This document shows, piece after piece, positions 16,840 to 23,929 of a stretch of 40,000 nt of DNA. Source of the stretch: Pseudohongiella sp. GTDB lineage: Bacteria > Pseudomonadota > Gammaproteobacteria > Pseudomonadales > Pseudohongiellaceae. Under the pieces are notes generated by a model, which was given only the letters and a program-made list of their open reading frames with translations, ran no database searches and was not told the origin of the DNA. How positions within the stretch are numbered: position 1 is the first letter of the stretch; each line of letters starts with the position of its first letter. The translations under genes were made by a program, and so were the position numbers. The stretch spans positions 69,549 through 109,548 of the forward strand of contig NZ_DRFV01000016.1 of assembly GCF_011050365.1 (NCBI RefSeq), read 5' to 3'.

Positions 16840-17334
16840 ATGGCACGAAATATCCACGATATGGACGAAGATCTAAGTCGCTGGCAGGACAGCTACGCCG
16901 GACTCAGAATGGTGTTTCTAACCATTCCCGATACAATCTTAAAAGTGATCCAAAGTGGTAAGAGCAAGATTTCACAGGGTCACGCTTGTGCTTTCAGCGC
17001 TGCCGAAGTCACCCCGCAGCCGGAACGCGACGAGTTTAGGTTTCAATTCTTGTCCTGGCACTACTATTTTCAGTTTACCAGCGTTGTTAAGGCCGTCTCA
17101 GATGGATATAGCCTTGTCGGTAAAGTGACTGTGATGAAGAAATCCGTCCAGGCCACTGAAGATGAAGTAGGTGTCGATGTCGATGAATTCTATATCGACT
17201 CTCAAGGAGGCACTGTTGGCTGGAATGCCGGAAACCGTGACCTCACTGACAATTTCGGCGTTGAGGTGTTTCTTGTGGAGCTGCTACATAAAGAACTTGT
17301 CGCTGGCGCAAGAGCCGCAGAGGCCAACGCCTAG
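16840..17334 (+). CDS. Orphan 164-aa hypothetical protein
   Basis: ORF with SD GGAGAG 5 nt upstream of the ATG. The composition is protein-like, and I recognise no family. Confidence 0.7.
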   Translation: MARNIHDMDEDLSRWQDSYAGLRMVFLTIPDTILKVIQSGKSKISQGHACAFSAAEVTPQPERDEFRFQFLSWHYYFQFTSVVKAVSDGYSLVGKVTVMKKSVQATEDEVGVDVDEFYIDSQGGTVGWNAGNRDLTDNFGVEVFLVELLHKELVAGARAAEANA

Positions 17335-17374
17335 CCAGCCAGATGACCATAAGTGGCTGATCTACCTATTGGAT

Positions 17375-17449
17375 TATCCGGAAGTAGGGCACAGAGACGA
17401 GCTTGAGCCTGCCTCTGTGCCGGCAGCATGAGCTACGCATTTCCGGATA
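17375..17449. promoter_or_regulatory. Nested inverted repeats (two 9-bp stems) between the 164-aa gene and the rexA-like gene
   Basis: Outer arms: TATCCGGAA (17375-17383) / TTCCGGATA (17441-17449). Inner arms: GGCACAGAG (17388-17396) / CTCTGTGCC (17413-17421). No T-run follows, so it is not a canonical terminator. Confidence 0.5.
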
Positions 17450-17624
17450 TCAGTCACGCTTGACTGGACTTCGCTATTACCCAAATGGGTAGGTTGGCCA
17501 ATATTAGTTTCATTCTTGACAACAATATTTCATAATTGCGTTTGACCTTGATGACCTGCAGAGCTGGGACTTGCCCGGTTATATCTGCAGGCATTGCCAA
17601 TCATAAGAATAACGGAGGCAGTGG

Positions 17625-18578
17625 GTGAAGCTGAACTATTACGGGTACCTGGTAGAGAGACACTCCGACGAAGAGCAGTTCGTTTTCGACATCAACCCAC
17701 TCCTCAGCGCTTTTTACGAGCTGGATGCCCCTGAATTTAAGAGCCGATTCCACTATGGAGGTGAAAGCCTCTACCTAATCAGAATCCGTCAGAACGTATA
17801 TCTGTATCTGATGTCAAAATCCCAAGAGATTATCAAAAAAATCAAAGAGACCGATCTCACGGTCACCGGTATCTTCGATTTGCTCGAAGAGCATGAAAAA
17901 CTGGGGTTCGCGTCGTATTTGGTAGTTGGGGACGGCTATCTCGGTTTTGCATCGACCGTGCTTGCCCCCAAGGCTGTTTCATTCGGCAAGTTTATTAACG
18001 ATATTTTCGATTCTCTAGGCCTGGCCGATTACAAGTTCATCATGAGACCATTACTCCATGAAGCGACTGCAGCCGACGTGGTCCAGATGCCGATACATGG
18101 CAAAGCAATGATAGAGATCAACAACGCGAACACTATATTTAGGGAACTCCGAGATCTGTTTGGTGGTGATGTACAGGATTTCACTAATGTTGGCAGTATA
18201 GAGATTACGTTCAAGCCCCAATCACGAAAGAGTATTGACCCTGCTATCCGTAAAGTTATCGAGAATCTGCCCGCTGACGGGGTTGAACGATTTATGGTTC
18301 GAGCGAAAGAAAATGCGGCCGATCATCTGAGTGACATATTTATCACGGGGAAAGGAGCGATCTCCGACATGGTAAAAAAGGGCTCTGATCAAGAAGTATC
18401 GGAGAATATTAGGCTAGCAGTCCAAACCAACCAACTGCTTCAAGAAAAAGTCAATGAGCATGTGAATGATGCCAACACCCAACAAGCTACGCCTCAAGCT
18501 ATTAATGCTTATTTTCATGCTCCTGCCTGGGCCGCTGCTGTGGCTAGGTTACAGGTGCCTGACGACAATTTGGCCTAA
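17625..18578 (+). CDS. rexA: RexA-like protein (soluble component of a Rex-type abortive-infection/exclusion pair)
   Basis: GTG start preceded by GGAGG. It shows collinear similarity to lambda RexA as I recall it: EKLGFASYLVVGDGYLGFASTVLAP vs ESLGFPSFLFVEGDTIGFARTVFGP; YKFIMRPLLHEATAADVVQM vs ERVQIEPLMRGTTKDDVMHM; GSIEITFKPQSRKSI vs DSLDIVIKPKFKRDI. Confidence 0.75.
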   Translation: MKLNYYGYLVERHSDEEQFVFDINPLLSAFYELDAPEFKSRFHYGGESLYLIRIRQNVYLYLMSKSQEIIKKIKETDLTVTGIFDLLEEHEKLGFASYLVVGDGYLGFASTVLAPKAVSFGKFINDIFDSLGLADYKFIMRPLLHEATAADVVQMPIHGKAMIEINNANTIFRELRDLFGGDVQDFTNVGSIEITFKPQSRKSIDPAIRKVIENLPADGVERFMVRAKENAADHLSDIFITGKGAISDMVKKGSDQEVSENIRLAVQTNQLLQEKVNEHVNDANTQQATPQAINAYFHAPAWAAAVARLQVPDDNLA

Positions 18579-18954
18579 TATTGCATTGGGGCTGAGTGCA
18601 GAATCCAACTCCATAGCAGGCATTATTGCAGGCTTCTCCTTCACAATGCTCGGCTTTCTGGCTGCCGTGATTACGATCTTGTTTTCGGTATCAGGCAGCA
18701 AGTCGTATCAGCGGTACAGGAATGCTGGCAATTTGGAAGTGTTCTTTTTTATCTATTACCTGACTTTGGTATGTCTGGTGGTCACCGCTGGACTATCATT
18801 GGTAGCCCTTTCCTCGCTGTCGGAGCCTTGGGGAATAAAGGTTTTGTTGGGCTCTTTTGCAAACAACATTTTCCAGGTATTCGTGATCACGGTGATTATC
18901 TGTAATTTGGCAAGTAAGGGAGCGCCTAGAAACCCAGCGTCGCCGGCCTCCTAA
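18466..18954 (+). CDS. rexB: RexB-like 4-TM membrane protein; start uncertain (18466, 18505 or 18517)
   Basis: Four hydrophobic helices. The segment GLSAESNSIAGIIAGFSFTMLGFLAAVITILF...NLEVFFFIYYLTLVCLVVTAGLSLVALSS parallels lambda RexB (GLGATLSSYAGTMIAILIAALTFLIG...). The gene overlaps the 3' end of the rexA-like gene in another frame. Confidence 0.6.
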   Translation: MMPTPNKLRLKLLMLIFMLLPGPLLWLGYRCLTTIWPNIALGLSAESNSIAGIIAGFSFTMLGFLAAVITILFSVSGSKSYQRYRNAGNLEVFFFIYYLTLVCLVVTAGLSLVALSSLSEPWGIKVLLGSFANNIFQVFVITVIICNLASKGAPRNPASPAS

Positions 18955-19100
18955 GTAAAATAATTCGCTTTCATACCTGCTGGAACTAGTTTCACCCAGT
19001 GCAACTGGATTTCGATATCCTTCGTCCGGTATCATCCCGCTCCATCCCGATTCATCCAGTTATCGTGTTTTAGGCCGGTGGTTTATCTAGTTCGGGTTCA

Positions 19101-19290
19101 CACTGCCGAGTCGTCGGGGTGGGGTGCAGCTTGTGGAGCGTATGCGACCCTTGGACGGTCGCATCCGAGCCCCCCATGGATGGGTTCACGGGCGTCTCCT
19201 CAAGCTGCACCCCCACCACCGGCGACGCGACATTCGCCACCACCCGAGACCCGCACCCCCACGGCAGTGCCCTTATGGTGGGGCCGTAAA
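19101..19290. repeat. GC-rich REP-like nested palindromes upstream of lipA
   Basis: A 13-bp perfect stem (19121-19133 / 19201-19213, extendable after a 1-nt bulge) encloses an 8-bp hairpin (19142-19149 / 19157-19164). CACTGCCG (19101-19108) is complementary to CGGCAGTG (19262-19269). The motif GCACCCCCAC or its complement occurs three times. Confidence 0.5.
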
Positions 19291-19338
19291 TGCGGTATCA
19301 TGGCCGAATTGGTTTTTTGATCACAGGATCAGGTTCAG

Positions 19339-20391
19339 ATGAGTCAGCAGCAACGCCCGCCTTCCATTCCCAGTGGCAGCAAATTCCGCAGCGAGCAGGG
19401 CTTCACCGCGATCAAGGATGGCGTGAAGAAATCGTCCGGTGCCGTGGAGCAGGCTGTGCCCGTGACGCGCAAGCCCAAGTGGCTGCGCGCACGCATGCCG
19501 GGTGGTGAGCGTTTTGAAGCAGTGAAGGCCAACGTGCGTGAGAACCGTCTGAGTACCGTTTGTGAAGAGTCGCATTGCCCGAATATTGGCGAGTGCTGGA
19601 ATAACGGGACTGCCACCATCATGGTCATGGGCTCGGTGTGCACACGCGCCTGCAAGTTTTGCGCAGTGGATACCGGCAACCCCGGCGGCTGGCTGGATGT
19701 GGACGAGCCTGAGCATGTGGCCAAATCAGTTGAGCTGATGGGGCTGCGGTATATCGTGCTGACCTCGGTGGACCGGGATGATCTGGACGATGGCGGCGCG
19801 GCGCATTACGCGGCCTGCGTGGCAGCCATCAAGGCGCGCACCCCGCAGGTGACGGTTGAGGCGCTGACGCCTGACTTCAGTGGCGACACGGAGGCAGTGG
19901 CCCGTGTCGTGGAGTCGGGGTTGGAAGTGTTTGCCCAGAACGTGGAAACCGTCAGGCGACTGACTCATCCGGTACGCGACCCGCGCGCGGGTTACCAGAA
20001 AACGCTGGATGTGTTGGCCTTTGCCAAGCAGCACCGTCCCAACGTGCTCACCAAAACCAGTCTGATGTTGGGGCTGGGTGAAACCGAAGAAGAAATTTTG
20101 CAGACCATGGATGATTTGCGTGCCATAGGGGTGGATATTCTGACTCTGGGGCAGTACCTGCAGCCGACGCGGAATCACCTGAAGGTGGAGCGGTTTGTCA
20201 GTCCGGAAGAATTTAACCGGTATCGGGAGCTGGGGCTGGCGAAGGGTTTTATGGAAGTGGCTGCCGGCCCGCTGGTGCGTTCCAGCTATCGGGCTGACCG
20301 GGTATTCGAGAAGAACAATCTGGGTATTCCGTTGCCGGCGCTGCCCGAGCTTGCGGTAGATGATAATCTCATTCCGCTGAAGGCTGTTTAA
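19339..20391 (+). CDS. lipA: Lipoyl synthase
   Basis: 350 aa. Radical-SAM motif [10 protein letters not shown], the N-terminal cluster [12 protein letters not shown], and end-to-end resemblance to LipA. Confidence 0.95.
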   Translation: MSQQQRPPSIPSGSKFRSEQGFTAIKDGVKKSSGAVEQAVPVTRKPKWLRARMPGGERFEAVKANVRENRLSTVCEESHCPNIGECWNNGTATIMVMGSVCTRACKFCAVDTGNPGGWLDVDEPEHVAKSVELMGLRYIVLTSVDRDDLDDGGAAHYAACVAAIKARTPQVTVEALTPDFSGDTEAVARVVESGLEVFAQNVETVRRLTHPVRDPRAGYQKTLDVLAFAKQHRPNVLTKTSLMLGLGETEEEILQTMDDLRAIGVDILTLGQYLQPTRNHLKVERFVSPEEFNRYRELGLAKGFMEVAAGPLVRSSYRADRVFEKNNLGIPLPALPELAVDDNLIPLKAV

Positions 20392-20471
20392 CCTCGCTCA
20401 GGGCTGCTTCACCTCGCTCAGGGCTGCTTCACCTCGCTCAGGGCTGTTTAACCTCGCTCACGGCTGTTTAA
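20381..20471. repeat. 20-bp tandem repeat, about 4.5 copies, beginning in the last codons of lipA
   Basis: The copies start at 20381, 20401, 20421 and 20441, with a partial copy at 20461. Unit: GGCTG(T/C)TT(A/C)ACCTCGCTCA(G/C). Copies 1 and 4 carry GCT GTT TAA in the lipA frame. Confidence 0.9.
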
Positions 20472-20476
20472 ATCCT

Positions 20477-21580
20477 TTAAGTCCGCTCCGGAATGTCACT
20501 GACAATAATCTGGTTGCGGCCGTTTTCCTTGGCGATGTACAGTGCCTCATCGGCGCGTTTCAGCGTGGTCTCAATGCGTTCGCCGGGCTGGTAAATCGCC
20601 AGCCCCTGGGACACGGTGATGCGTTCGCCATCGGGCAGTTCGGGGAATGCCAGGCTGGCAACACAGTCCTGGATTCTTTCAGCCGTGCGCTGCGCCGCCT
20701 CCAGCGTGGACTCTGGCAGTATGACAATAAATTCCTCACCGCCAAACCGGCCCAGAAAATCTCCCTGCCGCATGATTTTACGTAACTCATTGCTGATGCG
20801 ACACAAAATGGCATCGCCGGCATCGTGGCCCCAGGTGTCGTTGATACGTTTAAAATGATCAACGTCGAGCATGCTGACACACAGCTCATGCTCATCTGCC
20901 GAACGCCGTTCAACCCGGGCAACCTCCTGTGTCAGCTGGCTCATCAGCGAGCGACGGTTTGGCAGTTGTGTGAGCGGATCACAAGCGGCCAGCTCCGCCA
21001 GTTCACGATTCTTTTCCTTCAATTTGAGGCGAATGCTGGCTATGTAGCTACCCAGATAGGCTACGGTGAGTAACACCGAGGCATAAGTGAACACGATAAT
21101 GAGCTCTACGCGCCAGTCCATGCGCTCGGGAGCAAACAGGTGCAGAGCTGTCAGCAGAGCCAGATAGCTGGTCAGAATGAAAGCCCCAACGGATAACATG
21201 CCGCGGCGCGTCAGTACAAATGAACCAAACATCATGCCACTGGTGGCGGCCAACAGAAAGGCTGTTCGCGCTTGCGGGTCGGCAACAAAGAACATAACAA
21301 AAACAGCCGGCCAGATCGGTGTGATAATTTGCGCTGCGGTCAGGCTGGGGTCCTTAAAGCGCAGATTGATATTGGATTGGATCAGCGCGACAAAAACGAG
21401 GTTCGCCGCCAGGATAAGCAGGAAATAGATCGCTATCGGCAGCCCTGGAATCATGCCAAACAGATAGAGTCCGGCGATAACCAGCCAGGTACTGACCTGT
21501 GAGCCAAACCCCCAGGTCATGCGCTTCAGGCGCAGCCTCTGGTCTTTGGCAATCGAGTCAACTGCTTCCTGTTGATCCAT
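20477..21580 (-). CDS. Diguanylate cyclase (GGDEF) with N-terminal multi-TM sensor region
   Basis: GGEEF motif (RFGGEEFIVILP), a coiled-coil linker, and 5-6 predicted TM helices in the N-terminal half. Confidence 0.9.
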   Translation of the reverse strand: MDQQEAVDSIAKDQRLRLKRMTWGFGSQVSTWLVIAGLYLFGMIPGLPIAIYFLLILAANLVFVALIQSNINLRFKDPSLTAAQIITPIWPAVFVMFFVADPQARTAFLLAATSGMMFGSFVLTRRGMLSVGAFILTSYLALLTALHLFAPERMDWRVELIIVFTYASVLLTVAYLGSYIASIRLKLKEKNRELAELAACDPLTQLPNRRSLMSQLTQEVARVERRSADEHELCVSMLDVDHFKRINDTWGHDAGDAILCRISNELRKIMRQGDFLGRFGGEEFIVILPESTLEAAQRTAERIQDCVASLAFPELPDGERITVSQGLAIYQPGERIETTLKRADEALYIAKENGRNQIIVSDIPERT

Positions 21581-21764
21581 TTGATCCCCGTGTTTTTTAT
21601 CCCGACATTCAAATTCGGGTAATTCATTTTTTTATAAGGCAGTATAGTGTCTTGGCCGCGTCCGAAATTCAAGTACCAAAACAGCGTCGTTCGTGGTATC
21701 CAATGATGATGTCAGTATAATACCCGACCGTATATCGGTTATCGTCCACTAACGAGTTTCGTTT

Positions 21765-22658
21765 ATGTCCAAGAGCACCTTTTTGCAGCTGATCAGGCCC
21801 GGGCTATGTATTGTTGCCGCTGCTTTGATGTTATCGACCGTGCCAGCCTGTATTGTGGCCGAAGAACTGGTTTATGAACCGGTTAACGGTAATGTCGCCT
21901 ATAGCGCAGTAGAGTCCTTGCGTTATCGTGAGCCCGATGCCCGTATTGCCTATGGTGACGACGCACTGCAGTTTGGTCTGTTGTGGCTGCCTGCTCTCGC
22001 AACCGATGAGACTGAGGGCGACACCAGGCCGCCAGTAGTGGTGTTGATTCATGGTGGCTGCTGGCTCAATGCCTATAATATTGCCCACACGTATGCGTTG
22101 AGCACAGCGTTGGCGGACTCAGGTTATGCAGTCTGGTCTCTGGAATACCGCCGCACCGGCGATGCCGGCGGCGGTTGGCCGGGCACCTTCGACGATGTTA
22201 TGTCCGGTATCGCGCATATAAAAACGCTGGACCGCTTTGCGCTGGATACCGACAGGTTTGTTATTGCCGGACACTCAGCCGGAGGCCATCTTGCGCTGCT
22301 CGCCGGTCGCGATAGCCCTGCTGCGACAGCGGTCCTGGGTCTGGCAGCCATTAGCGATATCAAGGCCTACGCCACTGGCAGCAACAGCTGTCAGATAGCA
22401 ACGCCCCGCTTCATGGGAGGGACGCCGCAAGAACGGCCGGACGCGTATCGCGAAGCGAATCCCCGCGAGCATCTGGCACATCCGACGACGGTGCTGCTTC
22501 ACGGCAGCTCCGATATTCTGGTCCCCGTGAACCAGGGATTGATGGTCGGTGCCCGTACTCTTTTTGTTGCAGGTGGTGGTCATTTTGATTGGGTGCATCC
22601 CGGCACGCGCAGCTTCAGGGTGCTGTTGTCAACATTGCAAAGCGTATTGGCGCAATGA
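21765..22658 (+). CDS. Alpha/beta hydrolase (esterase/formamidase-like) with signal peptide
   Basis: HGGCW oxyanion motif and the GHSAGGH nucleophile elbow, plus an N-terminal hydrophobic signal-like sequence. It is adjacent to kynureninase. Confidence 0.8.
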   Translation: MSKSTFLQLIRPGLCIVAAALMLSTVPACIVAEELVYEPVNGNVAYSAVESLRYREPDARIAYGDDALQFGLLWLPALATDETEGDTRPPVVVLIHGGCWLNAYNIAHTYALSTALADSGYAVWSLEYRRTGDAGGGWPGTFDDVMSGIAHIKTLDRFALDTDRFVIAGHSAGGHLALLAGRDSPAATAVLGLAAISDIKAYATGSNSCQIATPRFMGGTPQERPDAYREANPREHLAHPTTVLLHGSSDILVPVNQGLMVGARTLFVAGGGHFDWVHPGTRSFRVLLSTLQSVLAQ

Positions 22659-22679
22659 GTCAGGGTCCGGGTACGTACT

Positions 22680-23927
22680 ATGAGCGCTAGCAACATTCGC
22701 GACACTTTGGTACAGATGGATCGACAGGATCCTCTGGCGGGCAAATTTTCAGACTTCGAGCTGCCAGCCAGCCAGGTCTATCTGGATGGCAATTCGTTGG
22801 GCTGTTTGCCGGTGTCGGCAAAACAGCGCGCTCGCGAGGTCGTCGAGCAGCAATGGGGTCAGGATCTGATCAAGAGCTGGAACCTGCATCAGTGGATCGA
22901 TCTTCCGCTCAGCGCGGGTGAAAAAATTGCCCGACTTATTGGCGCTGCGCCGGGCCAGACCATCTGTTGTGATTCGATTTCGGTCAACCTGTTTAAACTC
23001 CTCAGTGCCGCCTTGATGATGCGGCCGGGGCGGCATGTGGTGGTGTCGCAACAGGGCAATTTCCCGACCGATCTTTACATGGTGCAGGGGCTGGGCAGTC
23101 TGTTGGGCGCTGACAAATGTTCCCTGCGTCTGGTCGCAGATGACGGCATAGAGGCGGCTATGACAGGTGATGTAGCCGTGCTGGTATTGTCACATGTGAA
23201 TTTTCGCAGTGGCGCTTTGTATGACATGAAAGCGCTGACGGCCCAGGCGCATGCCAGGGGCATCCTGGTCATCTGGGATCTGGCGCACAGCGCCGGCGTA
23301 GTGCCGGTTGCGCTGGATGCGTGCAAGGTCGATTTTGCCGTTGGCTGTGGTTACAAGTATCTCAACGGTGGCCCGGGTGCTCCTGCATTTCTTTACGTTG
23401 CCGAGCGGCATCAGTCGCAAGTCAGACAACCATTGACTGGCTGGATGGGGCATCAGGCGCCTTTTGAATTTGACAATGACTACCGGGCGGCGCCGGGTGT
23501 TGCCGGATTTCTCAGTGGCACGCCCCCTGTCGTCTCTCTGAGTATTCTGGATGCGGCGCTGGATGCGTTTGCCGGTGTCGACGTTGCGCAGCTACGGCGG
23601 AAGTCGCTGGCGTTGGCCAGCGTGTTTAAGCAGGGCGTCGAGCAGGCGTCGGCGTTGTCCGCTCTGGTACTGATTTCACCCGCGGATGAAACGCTGCGTG
23701 GCGCCCAGTTGGCATATCGGCATCCGCATGCCTTTGCTATTTGTCAGGCCTTGATTGCCCATGGCGTGATCGCGGATTTTCGGGCGCCGGACATTCTTCG
23801 TGTCGGGTTCAGCCCCCTGTATTTGCGTTTCGTTGATATCGGTCGTAGTGTCGAGGTACTTAATCAAATAATGCTGGATGACGTTTGGCGCGATCCGGTT
23901 TACGCGGTCAGGCACAAGGTCACCTGA
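22680..23927 (+). CDS. kynU: Kynureninase
   Basis: 415 aa, collinear with Pseudomonas KynU as I recall it (YLDGNSLG..., NFPTDLY, WDLAHSAG, GCGYKYLNGGPGAPAF). Confidence 0.9.
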   Translation: MSASNIRDTLVQMDRQDPLAGKFSDFELPASQVYLDGNSLGCLPVSAKQRAREVVEQQWGQDLIKSWNLHQWIDLPLSAGEKIARLIGAAPGQTICCDSISVNLFKLLSAALMMRPGRHVVVSQQGNFPTDLYMVQGLGSLLGADKCSLRLVADDGIEAAMTGDVAVLVLSHVNFRSGALYDMKALTAQAHARGILVIWDLAHSAGVVPVALDACKVDFAVGCGYKYLNGGPGAPAFLYVAERHQSQVRQPLTGWMGHQAPFEFDNDYRAAPGVAGFLSGTPPVVSLSILDAALDAFAGVDVAQLRRKSLALASVFKQGVEQASALSALVLISPADETLRGAQLAYRHPHAFAICQALIAHGVIADFRAPDILRVGFSPLYLRFVDIGRSVEVLNQIMLDDVWRDPVYAVRHKVT

Positions 23928-23929
23928 GC

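Larger units (their letters stand above)
1..19100. mobile_element. Mu-like transposable prophage, partial; the far end lies beyond the left edge of the window
   Basis: Contiguous Mu-type gene set. Minus strand: portal, TerL, gp27-like protein, lysis cassette. Centre: XRE repressor / Ner-like switch. Plus strand: DD35E transposase, MuB-like AAA+ ATPase, DUF3164, gp16/GemA-like protein, Mor. The right boundary is placed by inference at the ...GGGTTCA terminus (19100), just before host-type GC-rich palindromes and lipA. Confidence 0.8.

Noticed and set aside
19101-19290. Retron msr/msd-like or other phage-defence ncRNA interpretation of the nested GC-rich hairpins
   Set aside because: There is no reverse transcriptase or other partner gene nearby. 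The element lies outside the inferred prophage boundary, and its repeated short motif fits REP-type palindromes better.
18955-19338. tRNA or tmRNA gene as the prophage integration site
   Set aside because: I could not fold any cloverleaf with conserved T-loop (GTTCRANYC) or D-loop features. The element is a transposable phage and does not need a tRNA att site.
19078-19342. Pro/Gly/Arg-rich ORFs 19078..19320 and 19124..19342 upstream of lipA
   Set aside because: They lie entirely within the GC-rich palindromic repeats, have no SD, and are proline/arginine-biased. They are artefacts of repeat composition.
19321-20178. Minus-strand ORFs 19321..19716, 19344..19724 and 19726..20178
   Set aside because: They are antisense shadows of the unambiguous lipA gene.
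20381-20471. Possible CRISPR array, because of regularly spaced repeats
   Set aside because: The units are directly tandem with a 20-bp period and no spacers. No cas genes are nearby. It is a minisatellite, not a CRISPR array.
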